Assembly: GCA_035221665.1 (NCBI GenBank) | Contig: CM069156.1 | Location: forward strand, 27,218,001-27,282,000 | Origin: Okamejei kenojei | Taxonomy: Eukaryota | Direction: 5' to 3' | Length of the DNA stretch: 64,000 nt | Part shown: piece by piece, positions 1 through 11,431 of the stretch | How positions within the stretch are numbered: position 1 is the stretch's first letter | How the letters are laid out: every line of letters begins with the position of its first letter | The notes under the pieces: model-generated | What the model was told of the DNA's origin: nothing | Database searches by the model: none | The model's input: the letters and a program-made list of their open reading frames with translations, nothing else | Position numbers and translations under genes: made by a program

Positions 1-37
1 ACCCATACTGTAACCGTCACATTACTCACTGTAACGT

Positions 38-197
38 AGAACATTAAACAGTACAGCACAAGAACAGGCCCTTCAACCCACAATGTCTGCCCAACATGAT
101 GTCAAATTAAACTAATCTCACCTGCCTGCATATGATCCTCATCCCACCATTCCCTACATATCCATGTGGTGATCTAAAAGTCTCTTAAACACCATGA
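38..197 (-). mobile_element. CR1-type LINE 3' UTR fragment
   Basis: acagcacaagaacaggcccttc...ccattccctacatatccatgt...aaaagtctcttaaa is the reverse complement of the CR1 tail. Confidence 0.75.
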
Positions 198-1939
198 CTA
201 AATGCCCTCTGATAAATCCCTCACAATAACACCAATATAATCCATTTAAGGCCACACAGCCGTTCCTGTGCATTTGCTGACAAGAAATATTGATGACCTA
301 CAGGTATCATCGAGATTGAGGTTGACTGCAGGATCCTCCCTCACCCCCTTCCTATTCTAGTGAAGGTCCACACAAAGTAACAATGTGGTCCTCACATGTA
401 CTTTTAATTGGATAGTGAGTGCTGGATAAAAAGGGTTGATTGCAACTCCCACGCAATATATGAAATAGAGAAGAAGTGTGAGTGGTGTTGACACCCAGTG
501 CATTGGCATTTAATGCAGACAGGGAGCTGATGTGTCGAGCACGATGACTTTTTTGTCTTTGACCCTGGAGATCACTAGTGTTAAGGTTTACCAAAAGTTT
601 TCCCAGAGCAGCATTATAAGTCCAAAGACTTCCTGGAATTTAGTTTATTCTTAGTACCTGCAGTCATGGGCTGTGAGGAGGATGAGGATTCCCAGAGAAA
701 TTTATCCCACGGTTTGATCTTTTTTGAGGAAATGCTGTTTGGAATTTCTCAGAGAGAGAGAATGTGTTGATGTCAGGGAAAGGCCAGGCCATGGTGTGAG
801 AGGAAGTGGTAGATGCTGAATGTCTCTTGTGCTTGTTTAAACTAGTGTGGGCGGACAGTACTTTCTCCCCTTGTATTCAAGGCTTATATTCGCTTCAAGT
901 CTCAAAGCAATGCTCCCTTCTGCTGTGGTACACAGGCTGCTGGGCATTCTAAATGGACACCCCAATTGCCGAAACTTTGTGTCAATTGTGCTTCCAGCCA
1001 TAACATCGGTTGCACTTGTGCCTGATTTATTTTACCTTGCATATATGATATTCATGCGTGCATTTTCACATGCACCTAATGCATGCATGGACACAGGCAC
1101 AGCATGCGTGCATGCATGCAAACCCATGTGCACACGCGTGTTTAGACACATGCTCGCAGCAGAGTTTACAAACACTAATTGAATTTATTCCCATACGAAG
1201 CATTAAAAGCAGTGTCATTTATAATTGTGCTCCCAACCCAATTGCAGAAACCTTTCTATTTTTATGTGTTTCATTTTCCTTCATACCTTTCATTATTGAC
1301 TGTTATCCAAACAAGGGACACTGGCGTTGACCAAGAAATGCACAAATATGCCTTAGGGTATCTGCCTCTCTGAATTTTCTCTTTGATCTGTTCTGTTAGT
1401 ACTGGGGATTTCTCTCTGTCCCTTCTATTTGACAATTCAGCTTCAATTTGCATTTAGATAGCGCGTTTAATATAGTAAAGCATCCCAAGGCATTTTACAG
1501 GAGCAGTGTCAAACAAAATTTGACACAAAGCCACTTGGAGGGACCGAGGACTGGTGACCAAACACTTTGCATCAAAAACAAATGAAGCTTGTGAATGGGG
1601 AATTGGATGGCACAAGTGTGCACCCTGCCTGTAGGAAGTGTAAAAAGAAAGCTGAGCATCTCCTGCTAAAATCAATCACTTCTTGTCGAGCGAGTTCTTA
1701 GTCGTGAAAACAACTGAAATCGTGAATGTCGTATGTTATCTATCTGCTGTGATCTTAGGTCAGCAGATGGAAGCGTGTATTATCGTTGTTATGTTTCAAG
1801 CCAAGCTTCCTTCTGGCACATTGTAAAGAAGAAGCTCAGCTTCTATTATTCAGTAGTTGCCCATGTACTGTACACCATACAGCGCTCCATTTCTCCACAT
1901 CACAGTTTTGATGGCAGTGCCACGCCTCTGAGTAGAAAT

Positions 1940-2200
1940 GGTACAAGGGCCCAGCAGGTAGAATTGCTGCCTCCCAGTGACACAGACCCAAGTTCAATCC
2001 TGACCTTGGGTGCTGTCTGTATGTAGTTTGCATGTGCTCCCTGTGACCACGTGGGTTTCCACCGGTTTCCTCCCACATCCCAAAGATGTGCGGGTTTGTA
2101 GATTCCTTGGCCTCTGTAAATTGACCGGTTGTGTGTAGGGAGTGGATGAGGAAGTGGGATAACATAGAACTCTCGTGGATGGGTGCTCGATGGTCGGCGG
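1940..2200 (+). mobile_element. HE1-type V-SINE (tRNA-derived)
   Basis: A/B-box head (ggtagaattgctgcc...gttcaatcc) and V-core gtttgcatgtgctccctgtgacc...ccggtttcctcccacatcccaaaga. Confidence 0.85.
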
Positions 2201-2380
2201 ATTGCTGAGCAAAGGTTATGTGCTTCCCCAGCTACCCATTTCAGTAGCTCCAATGGCATGTCACCCTGCAATAAGAAGGATGTCGTTAAGCTGGAAAGAG
2301 TGTTGAGAGGATTCACGATGATGTTGCCTGGACTCAAGGGCCTAAGCTATAGTAAGAGGCTGGCAGGATAGAACTTTAGT

Positions 2381-2692
2381 CTCCTCCCTTTCCCACCTCT
2401 CCCTCAGCCCTCGGGCCCTGGCATTCCCTCTCTCTCTCTATCTCTCTCCCCCACCCTAGTCGCACTAGCTTCTCATTTTCACACTACAAACAGCTTACAA
2501 TTCCCTTTATCATTGATACTTTTTTGCATATCTTTCATTCATTGTTCTTTATCTCTCCACGTCACCGTCTATATCTCTCGTTTCCCTGATCCCTGACCAG
2601 TCTGAAGAAGGGTCTCGACCCGAAACGTCGCCTATCTCTTTCGCTCCTTAGATGCTGCTGCATCCGCTGAGTTTCTCCAGCCTTTTGTGTAC
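2381..2692 (+). mobile_element. Penelope-like 3' end with hammerhead-like motif (2602-2629)
   Basis: CT-rich UTR, then ctgaagaagggtctcgacccgaaacgtc, then agatgctgc...gctgagtttctccagc...ttttgtgt. Confidence 0.8.
2602..2629 (+). ncRNA. Minimal type-I hammerhead ribozyme-like motif
   Basis: CUGAAGA + A + stem GGGU-cucg-ACCC + GAAA + CGUC. Matches the minimal hammerhead described in Penelope-like elements. Stem I is only about 2 bp. Confidence 0.55.
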
Positions 2693-2699
2693 CCTGGAA

Positions 2700-3037
2700 C
2701 TTTATTCGTTGCACTGCACGGTGCTGAGGGATGGATTTACGAGATAGTTGGTTCCCCGTTGTGACGCCAGTCAAGTTAATCAAAATGGCGATCTGAAAAC
2801 TGACGCCGGGCCCGACAAACCTCACTGAACGGCGCAGGCACGACTGCCGCTTTGAAACTCGTCCCGTTCAGAGTATAAAGTTAATTAAAGTCTTTAAAGT
2901 GATTTACTTTTAAAAATATAACAAAACTTAATACTGCACACCGCAGGCAAATGGTGAGTAAGGCGCTCCTAAAATAGTTGCGCTCCCGTGTACCGTTTTG
3001 GCTGTATTTCGGGAACATACATTCATACAAGATGAGA
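2700..3037 (-). mobile_element. Probable non-autonomous Helitron/Helentron-like fragment
   Basis: CpG-rich segment whose minus strand begins ...tctcatcttgtatgaatgtatgttcccgaaatacagccaaaacggtacac..., a short tetranucleotide repeat followed by an aaaacgg motif, as I recall from DINE/HINE-like ends. Based on resemblance only. Confidence 0.35.
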
Positions 3038-3411
3038 TATAAAATAATGAGAGAAATATATAGGGTGAATGCACAGTCTTTTACCCAGAATTGGGGCATC
3101 AAGAACCAGAGGGACATAAGTTTAAGGTAAGAGGGAGGATTTAATAAAAATCTGAGTGGAGACTTTTTCATTCAGAGGGTGGTGGGTATATGGAACGAGT
3201 TGTCAGAGGTGGTAGTTGAGACAGATAATGAAACATTTAAAAGACACTTGGACATGTACATGAATAGGAAAGGTTCTGAGGGATATGAGGCAAAGCCAGA
3301 CATATGGGACAGGCTTTGATGGGGATCTTGGTTGATATGGACGAGTTGGGCCAAAGGCCCTGTTTCTGTGCTCAACGTGTTAATGTGCAGAACATGTCAG
3401 GTAGAGAACCA

Positions 3412-3582
3412 CTCAACGGGACAGGCAGCATCTCTGTAGGGAAGGAATGGGTGACGAAGGGTCGCGACCTGAAACATCACCCATTCCTTCTCTCCAGAGA
3501 TGCTGCCTGTCCTGCTGAGCTAATCCAGTATTTTGTGTCTATCTTTGGTGTAAACCAGCATCTGCAGTTCCTTCCTACACAT
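3412..3582. mobile_element. Fold-back Penelope-like 3'-end pair
   Basis: 3412-3455 is inverted relative to 3474-3519. The loop holds a hammerhead remnant gaagggtcgcgacctgaaac. Confidence 0.8.
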
Positions 3583-3831
3583 GTACAGAACCACTCTAGC
3601 TTTTATTGGAATAAGAATGTAAAGATGAAACGTGTATTTCTCCACTGACTTTGGGATGTTGAATGCACTGTTAAGCCCATTTGTCGTAGATAACCATATA
3701 ACGTTAAAGGAGTCACTTTAAAAACATTTTGCAGATGTTGATGTAATGTAGGAAATGTGGCAGTCATTTAACCACAACAAGATCCTGCAAATCCCAATGA
3801 AATTAAACAGAAGGCACATTGGTGAATGGAG

Positions 3832-4190
3832 TGGCACAGTGGTGCAGCCAGAAGAGCCACTCCGTCACAGTGCCAGAGTACCAGGTACAATCCCGCCCTC
3901 CGGTGCTGTCTGTGTGGAGTTTGCGCATTCTCCCGAATTCAGTGCGGGTGCTCCGGTATCCTCCCACATCCCAAAGGAGTGCAGGATAGTAGTGCAATTG
4001 ACCACTGCTCTCTATATGGCATGTTCTGTATATTGGCCACTGTAAATTGTCCCTCATGTGGAGGTGATGGGAAATATCTGGATCGAGAATAAAAATGGGC
4101 TTAATGTGGGATTAATGAAAATGGGTGCCGATGGTTGGCATGAACTCAGTGAACCCAAGGACCTTTTTTTCCTGCTGTATGACTCTAGAT
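3832..4190 (+). mobile_element. HE1-type V-SINE
   Basis: ggcacagtggtgcagc head, gtgtggagtttgcgcattctcc core, CR1-like tail ...cctgctgtatgactcta. Confidence 0.85.
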
Positions 4191-4594
4191 ACTCAGTGGG
4201 GCAGCCAACATCTGTGGAGAGAGATAAATAACCTGATGATTGTTTTCTTTGAAGCTGTATATTGCAGGAACTCCCTCGCTCCTCTTCAGCACAGTGCCGT
4301 TGCATGTTACATGTCCACCCTAGGAACAGACAGCAGCTCTTCCCACATTGCTTAAACTGATCAAATAGAAGGAACATTTTAGAAGAGGGAGGCAGTGGAA
4401 GAAGAACACTTTCCCGAACAGGATTTTTTAAAGTAGCGATGATTCCATCTGTCCCTCCTCGTGATGAGCAGATTTTAGAACATTCCACGTAAAGAGCCAC
4501 TCAAGCCATTATTGGGGGAAGAATATAATGACGGAACTTGTATTTCCAAAGTGACTCCAGGATGTTTTAAAGCACTTTACAACCAAAGCCATTC

Positions 4595-4845
4595 AAGTCA
4601 GGGATGAGAGGAAATTTCTTCTCAAGAGAGGGCAATAAATCTTCAGAATCCTCTACCCGTGGGGGCTGTGGATGCTTTGTTGTTGCGTATGTTCAAACAA
4701 AGAGCAATAGATGTTTAGATATTAAGAGAATTAAGAGATATGGGGTTAGTGCAGGAACGTGGCGAAGAGGTTGGCCTTAATTTTAATGAATGGCAGACGA
4801 GGCACAAAGGGCTGAATGGCGCACTTCTGCTTCTGTTTCTTATCG
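4595..4845 (+). mobile_element. Old CR1-type LINE 3' fragment
   Basis: gatgagaggaaatttcttctc...gagatatgggg...gaatggcagacgaggcacaaagggctgaatggc. Confidence 0.7.
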
Positions 4846-6169
4846 GTCCAACGTTTACATAGCCTTCACCAGCAGATAGCCCATCTGCTGACTGGCTTGT
4901 CACTATTAGTGTAGTTGATTGAATGTAAGATGCAGGTCTATAACAGCTCCCTAGGGAGGGGCATGTTATGACTTAATATATGGATTGTCAGTGTAACTGA
5001 GAGCGAGAAAGCTGCTCACTAAAAAACAATATGTAAACTGATATAAGCACTAGTCCACTCACTATCTGCATGTCTTTAATCAGGCAACATCTGTTTCTTA
5101 TTGTCTTATTCCCCCAAAAAGGAAAGGTTCTCTACAATTTTGTGTACAGAGGTCAAGTATTTGTAAATTGACTGTAGTTAGGCTGTTGGATCTCAGAGTT
5201 TCCATTCGGTTTAGCAGCATTGAATACTGCGCCTCTTATTTAATTATGGAATTGCAAACCTTCTAGTCTCTTTCATCCGTTCCTTCAAATAAGCCAAATT
5301 CTGATCTGTATCTACCTGGGATTGAATTACATGGAATATGCAGCAGACAGACAGGCCGTTCACTCCAACTTGTCCGTGGTGACAATCATGCATTACTTGA
5401 GCCTCCTGATCCATATCAGCATAACGCTCTTTTCCATCTTTCACATATTTATCAATCCTCAGAGAGTGGATAACTATAGGTACAGTATTTGCCCCAAGCA
5501 TTCCCTGTGGGATGCCATGTTTTCACAACGCTAGGCCTTTCCTACTTGATCTGGTAGAGAGTCATACAGCACAAAAACATGCCCTTCGACACAACTCATT
5601 CATGTTAGCCAAGATGCCCATCAATGTTATCCCATTTTCCCGCATTTGACTCATAAACCTGTAAACCATTCCAATCCATATCTTATTATCACTATTTTTC
5701 TTTTTCTCACAAGTGAAAATTTTAAATGCTGTTCCCATTTTAATTCCACGTGCCAAATTATGTGTGGCCTCCTTGCTTTCATTGCTAAAATGTAATTCAT
5801 CATATTTGGTTGATTGAAATTCATTTGCTCATTCTGGAAGTTTATTGATGTCTCCATTTAGTTTATCATAATATGCCATATGATAGTTTCTCCCAATTTG
5901 GTATCATGCTCAAATAAAAAAATGGTGTTATTGGTTACTAAATCTAACTTGTTAATACAAACTGAAACTATGGTGTTCTCGGGTGAGATCTATGTGGGCT
6001 CCCAATTTCCATCTTCTGCACTTTTTGTTTTGAAGCCAGCCGGCTGCTTCTCCTGTAACTCTGTACGCTCTGACCCTGTTCATTAATCTATTATGTGGCA
6101 CTTTATTGAAGGACTTTAAAAGACATCTAGATAAATGACAGATCTAAGCAATAAAACAAAACTCATGGC

Positions 6170-6450
6170 ACCAGGGTTGCTCCGATCTGTACTGTGTCAG
6201 CTAATCCCAGAAGCCCACCACTTGAGTGTCACAGCTAGTCTCGGCAACCATGAGTGAGGGGGAGGAGAAAATATGCCAGCGGTCCTGCTGTTGATCAGCG
6301 TCCTGTGGCTTCTGCCGTCAAATGTGCATGTGCGTGCACTTAGAATGAAAAAAGGTAACCGGACAAGTTCAACTCCTCCCCTTCAGTGGGACGATAGCCA
6401 AGTGACTGACCACCTTGGAGAGAGAGGCTGTAGAAACAACACAACCCCAA
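6170..6450 (+). mobile_element. LF-SINE-like relic
   Basis: ccagggtt...tctgtactgtgtcagctaatcccag...ggaggagaaaatatgccagcggtcctgctgttgatc...gtgcatgtgcgtg parallels the remembered LF-SINE consensus (GGTCTGTGCTGAGTTAGCTGATCTCAG...GGGAGGGGAAAAATCAGCCAGGGTTCCCGCTCCTGATC...GTGCGTGTGTGTG). Confidence 0.55.
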
Positions 6451-6579
6451 CCTGAAGCCCCCCCCCAAGTGCAAAGCGTAAATGATCTAAAAACAAACTG
6501 TTCATGTCGAGGCACAAGAAGGAAAGATGCATTTACACAGTGCCTTCTGCAACCTCAAAATGACCTATGGTATTTTTTT

Positions 6580-6775
6580 CAGCGTAATCATTACTGTAAA
6601 GTGGGACCACTTTTCACACAAGCTTTGAACAATGACAGTGATCAGATAATGTATTTATTAATGTTCAGAAATAAATATCGGAGCAGGACATCGAGGAGAA
6701 CTCCCAGCTGTTCTTTGAAGTGGTGCCACATGAGGGGGCAAACGGGGCTTCCATTTAATGTCAGATCTGGACCGT
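6580..6775 (-). mobile_element. Deu-domain SINE (SacSINE1-like) relic
   Basis: ataaatatcggagcaggacatcgaggagaactcccagctgttctttgaagtggtgcca is the reverse complement of the Deu core. Confidence 0.6.
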
Positions 6776-7926
6776 GGAACATTTTATATGTGTGCTCACA
6801 CTATGTGTTTGTGCTTGCATGGACCAGGGTTTCTGTATGCTTGTGTTCCATAAATCCCATCACGGCACTTGTCTAACAATTCCCAGTTTTATTATCAATT
6901 TAAAAAAATAAACTGCACAGGTGGAGGACAGAGGACAGTGAGGGTAGAGTATTTTGGGGGAGGTGAGAGGAGGGAAAGTGGCAGGGGGGTTCTCCAAACT
7001 TGTTTTCAAACATTGACTCTAGGTCCGGATTTGAAGCCCAACATTTTGAATATTCTTTGTGTATGCAATTAAGAAGAGTAACATTAATACCAGATGAGAA
7101 TGTTTCAAAAAAAAATAATGATGTTTTAATGCAATTTAACTGTACGTTATTTTAAGATCCAACCTCGCTAGGAGTTAAGTAAATCAATGTGGAGGTAGAG
7201 CAGCAGGAGCTGCCAGAGTGAGTGCGGACGCCAGCCAGTCTCTGAACACATGCAGCCCTCCCGAAACACAGAGATGCAGGAAGAGCCCACCATAAATCAC
7301 AAGAGATTAGAGAGTCCTCGCAGTCAGCTTGAGATTGAGCTGCACTGTGTAATGTCAGGACAGAGCCATTCTCATTTATTAAAGTCTCCTTTGAAATTTG
7401 ATGGGGAAAAAAACGTATTTGTATTCAGGTTAGGGTCGAACGGGAGATTCCATCATCTCTCCTCCCACCTTGCCCTCCACCTTAAACATCAAGGTTAATG
7501 GTGTCAGGCTGCTATCGGCTTTCCACTAACTCGCTAAATAGTCTTACTTTCATGTATAGGTCCAGGCTATAGTTGCTGGTTGATACTGGTAGCTATCAGT
7601 ACTGAGATAAATCCTGTCCTGGTGATTTGTGGTGTCAGGATTCCTGGTTGATTATTTTCTTCTGCTCAATCAGTGATCAATCAATGATCAATTTGGGCGT
7701 CTTTAGATGAAGGTCTCAGTATTCAGTGCCACAGGGCGGTGTGTAAAGCAATGCTTCAGTTAATGAGTTGATAATTGCTTGGAGTTCAATCACCAAGTGT
7801 ACGCAAATGCAAGCAAAAGGAGTAAATGAGCACGGCTGGGATGAATCTCAGTGAGCTGGTGTAAGGCTACTTTGAACCAACGTTAGGGGACAATATGAAG
7901 GTGTCTATCATCTAAGGGGGGGCATC

Positions 7927-8084
7927 TCAGATTCAGATTCAGATTCAAACTTTATTGTCATTGTGCAGTGTACAAGTGTACAAGTACAGAGACAAAGAAA
8001 TGCAGTTAGCATCTCACCCAGAAGTGCGAACACAGAATAATAGAACAGTAAAATGTATATACAGTAGCAGTAGTGCAAATTTCA

Positions 8085-8127
<43 letters not shown>

Positions 8128-9735
8128 GATCAGTCACTGGGGGAAGGAGTGTCCGGGTGGGGGGGGGGGGGGGTGACTGGCAATCACCAAGGTGCGGAGT
8201 TAAGTAGGGTAACAGCCGCAGGGAAGAAACTGTTCCTGAACCTGCTGGTCCGGCAACGGAGAGACCTGTAGCGCCTCCCAGATGGGAGGAGGGTAAACAG
8301 TCTGTGGCTGGGGCGAGACCAGTCCTTGACGATGCTGCGCACCCTTCGCAGACATCGCTTGCTCTGGACAGACTCAATGGAGGGGAGTGAGGAACCGGTG
8401 ATGCGTTGGGCAGTTTTCGCCACCCTCTGCAGTGCTTTCCGGTCGGAGACAGAGCAGTTGCCTTACCATACTGTGGTACAGTTAGTAAGGATGCTCTCGA
8501 TGGCGCAGCGGTAGAAGTTCACCAGAATCTGAGGAGACTGATGGACCTTCTTTCGTCTCCTCAGGAAGAAGACATGCTGGTGAGCCTTCTTGATCAGTGT
8601 TGAGGTATTGTGGGTCCAAGAGAGGTCATCAGACATGTTGGCCCCCAGAAACCTGAAGCTGGAAACACGTTCCACCTCCGTCCTGTTAATATGATGGGGG
8701 TGTGCATGCCACTCCTAGACCTTCTGTAGTCCACAATGAGCTCCTTGGTCTTCTTGGTGTTAAGGGCCAGGTTGTTGTCAGCGCACCATGCTGCTAGGAG
8801 CTGGACCTCCTCCCTATAGGCTGACTCATCGTTGTCGCTGATGAGGCCAATCACCATTGTATCATCTGCATACTTGATGATGGTGTTAGTGCCATGTACA
8901 GGTGTGCAGTCGTAGGTGAAGAGGGAGTAGAGAGAGGGCTCAGCACACAGCCCTGTGGAACGCCGGTGTTCAGGGTAAGGATTGAAGAGGTGTGGTTGTC
9001 CAACCTAACAGACTGGGGTCTATTGGTTAGAAGTCCAGTATCCAGTTGCAGAGGGAGGGGTCGATGCCCAGGTCGATGAGTTTGGTGATCAGTTTTGAGG
9101 GGATAATGGTGTTAAATGCTGAGCTAAAGTCGATGAACAGCATTCTCACGTAGGTGTCTCTGTTGTTGAGATGGGAGAGGGTGGAGTGAAGTGCCGTGGA
9201 GATGGCATCCTCCGTACTCCTGTTCTTGTGGTAGGTGAACTGATAGGGGTCCAGTGTGGGAGGTAGGCAGCCTTTGAGGTGCGCCAGGACCAGCCTCTCG
9301 AAGCACTTGGTGATGATGGGAGTAAGTGCAACTGGGCGGAAGTCGTTGAGGATCGCCGCAGTGGAGTGTTTTGGCACCGGCACAATCAAGGTGGTTTTAA
9401 GGCACGTGGGGACAGCTGCTTGGGTAAGCGACAGGTTGAAGATGTCAGTCCATGCGTCTGTCAGCTGCGCAGCACAGGTCCTGAGGACGCGCCCGGGGAT
9501 GCCGTCAGGGCCAGCAGCCTTTCGTGCATTAATCCTGCTCAGTGCCACATACACGTCGATGGGGGTGAGTGTGAGGGGCTGGTGATCAGCAGGGAGCACA
9601 GCCTTGATGGCCACCTCTTGATTGTCCCTGTCAAAGCGGCCATAAAAGTGGTTAAGCTCCTCAAGGAAGGAGGCGTCGCTGGATGTGGGGGTGGTGTTGG
9701 TGGGTTTATAGTCCGTGATGGCCTGGATGCCTTGC
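7927..9735 (-). mobile_element. 5'-truncated Rex1/Babar-type LINE (RT region plus 3' UTR and microsatellite tail)
   Basis: ORF pieces [96 protein letters not shown]. Tail is (TCAGAT)x3.5 at 7927-7947. Several frameshifts. Confidence 0.92.
8085..8126 (+). repeat. Poly-G tract (42 G), with a second run of 15 G at 8159-8173, in the Rex1 3' UTR
   Basis: Read directly from the sequence. Confidence 0.9.
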
Positions 9736-9740
9736 ATCAA

Positions 9741-9855
9741 CCCACTGTCGCCGAAAATGTTTGTACATGTTGAAAATCCAGCGGCGACCAGAAAGACGCT
9801 ATGACTCTTTGGGCAACTGAGGAGGCTAAAATGTAGCCTAAGTAGGACAGGCCCT
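9741..9855. mobile_element. Right half of a PIF/Harbinger-type MITE
   Basis: Ends in agtaggacaggccct|taa, the same TIR end and TAA as the complete MITE at 34400-34706. The left arm is absent. Confidence 0.65.
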
Positions 9856-10204
9856 TAACTCTCTTTGTTACAGAAATCCCCACCCGATATGTGGATACTC
9901 TACTACTGCCCTCACCAACCTGCCAGCATCAATCCTCCATGAATGTCAACATCCATGAATTGCCCCTTGTACCAATGTATAAATATAAATAGTAAGTTTA
10001 AACGAGAACTTACCAGTTCGAAGTTTGATCCTTATTTTATGAGGAGTTACGATGAGGGATTTCGTGAAGACCCCGCCAGCACGCATGCGCGACAATTTTC
10101 AAAGCAGCTATGTGAAATCACAGATAGTAGAGTTGACTGAAGAGAGTAAGATAAGAGAGCTAACATACCAGTTGTCCTTATAATAGAGGGTTGGGAGCGG
10201 AGGG

Positions 10205-10317
10205 CACAAAATCCCTCATCGTAACTCCTCATAAAATAAGGATCAAACTTCGAACTGGTAAGTTCTTGTTTAATCTTACTTTTTTACTTCGGAGTCACGT
10301 GAGTGACTTAGTGAAGA
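10205..10317. repeat. DIRS internal complementary region (ICR)
   Basis: 10205-10280 is the reverse complement of 9991-10066 (76 bp, 3 mismatches). 10281-10317 is the reverse complement of 14735-14771 (37 bp, 2 mismatches). Confidence 0.95.
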
Positions 10318-10541
10318 TTTCAAAGCTCTGTGATTTCATGCCATGGAAACTGAGTCCATGCTCACACACTGCCATATTTAACCAATGGAGGAAGTATGTT
10401 AACATATTTCAGACTTGAAACAGAGCTGAAAAACAATTATGTATTTATTAACAACAAATAATAAAACCCTAACTTCGGGGAAATTAAGATACAGAACTTA
10501 AAATAGTATCTGCAAAAGTTGTAGGTGTGGTCACAGGTTTG

Positions 10542-11431
10542 TTAATAAAGCCGCTGAAAAGTTGACTCATTGGACCAACCCGCCGTTGCGAGGATGTGAT
10601 CCATGGGAACTTCCATCATCCTCGCCGCTGATGTAGACGCAACCCTGGTAGAATGAGATTTGAAAACGTCAGTGTCTACCCCTGCTGCACCTAACACCAC
10701 CCTGAGCCACCTTGAAATGGTCTGTACGGTTACCCTGTGGTGAGGGCGTTTAAAACTGATTAAAAGGCCCATTTCCGTACTCCTGAGATTTTTAGTGACC
10801 TCTAGGTAATGTCAAAGGTGGGTAGTTATACAAAGGCGTCTAATGGATAGGCCAGGAACTCCAATTTTAGGCCAGATGACCCACGTCTGTTATGTTTAAG
10901 TAACTCATTTATATAAAAGGTTACCTTATTTGGAGTCGATACCATGGTATCCAATTTTAATTTATGCAGGGTCTGGACCCACTGTGCAGTAACAAGTGCC
11001 ATCAGTTTGGTCAATGAGAGTGATGTGACTGGTGCCCAATCCCTTAGCAGGGACAAGACCAGTCCGATATCCCAGATGTGAGAATATCGAGGCCTGGGAG
11101 GATTAGAATTAAAAATACCCCTCATAAGTTTAGACACTAGGGGGTGGGATCCTACTCCAAGGTGTTCTAACCCAAGCCCGAGGTAGGACGATAAAGCACT
11201 CCTAGCGCAGTTGATGGGACTGTAACTGAGGCCCTCATCGTAATGAAGGCTTGCCAGGAATTCCAGTACGTCCGTAATGGTGGCAGAGTTGTATGTGGTG
11301 CCAGTCCTGGAACAAAATACCTCCCATTTTTTAACGTAGGTGAGGTATTGTCTCCTGGTGGACTCCCTGCACGACGCCGTGACGATGTTCATGGTTCTGT
11401 CCGTAAGGAGAGGTCTATTCAGAACCTGCAA
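10542..11431 (-). pseudogene. DIRS ORF3 tyrosine recombinase (split by a stop/frameshift near 10800-10830)
   Basis: SAM-like N-terminus STRRQYLTYVKKW...INCARSALSS...HPLVSKLMRGIFNSNPPRPRY..IWD. Catalytic C-terminus FKSHSTRVASTS...ILATAGWSNESTFQRLY. Confidence 0.9.

Larger units (their letters stand above)
2255..3372 (+). mobile_element. CR1-type LINE 3' region split by nested insertions (pieces ~2255-2380 and ~3038-3372)
   Basis: KKDVVKLERVLRGFTMMLPGLKGLSY is the CR1 ORF2 C-terminus. It resumes as tataaaataatgag...cagagggtggtgggtatatggaacgag...ggccaaaggccctgtttctgtgct. Confidence 0.85.

Noticed and set aside
1836-2337. Recurrent ORFs such as HLWDVGGNR / GAVCVEFA / CGRKPEHPE (also at 3755, 26079, 36646, 50513, 55893)
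   Set aside because: Translations of HE1 SINE copies, not genes.
8006-8377. Poly-proline / poly-glycine ORFs
   Set aside because: Produced by translating the G homopolymers.
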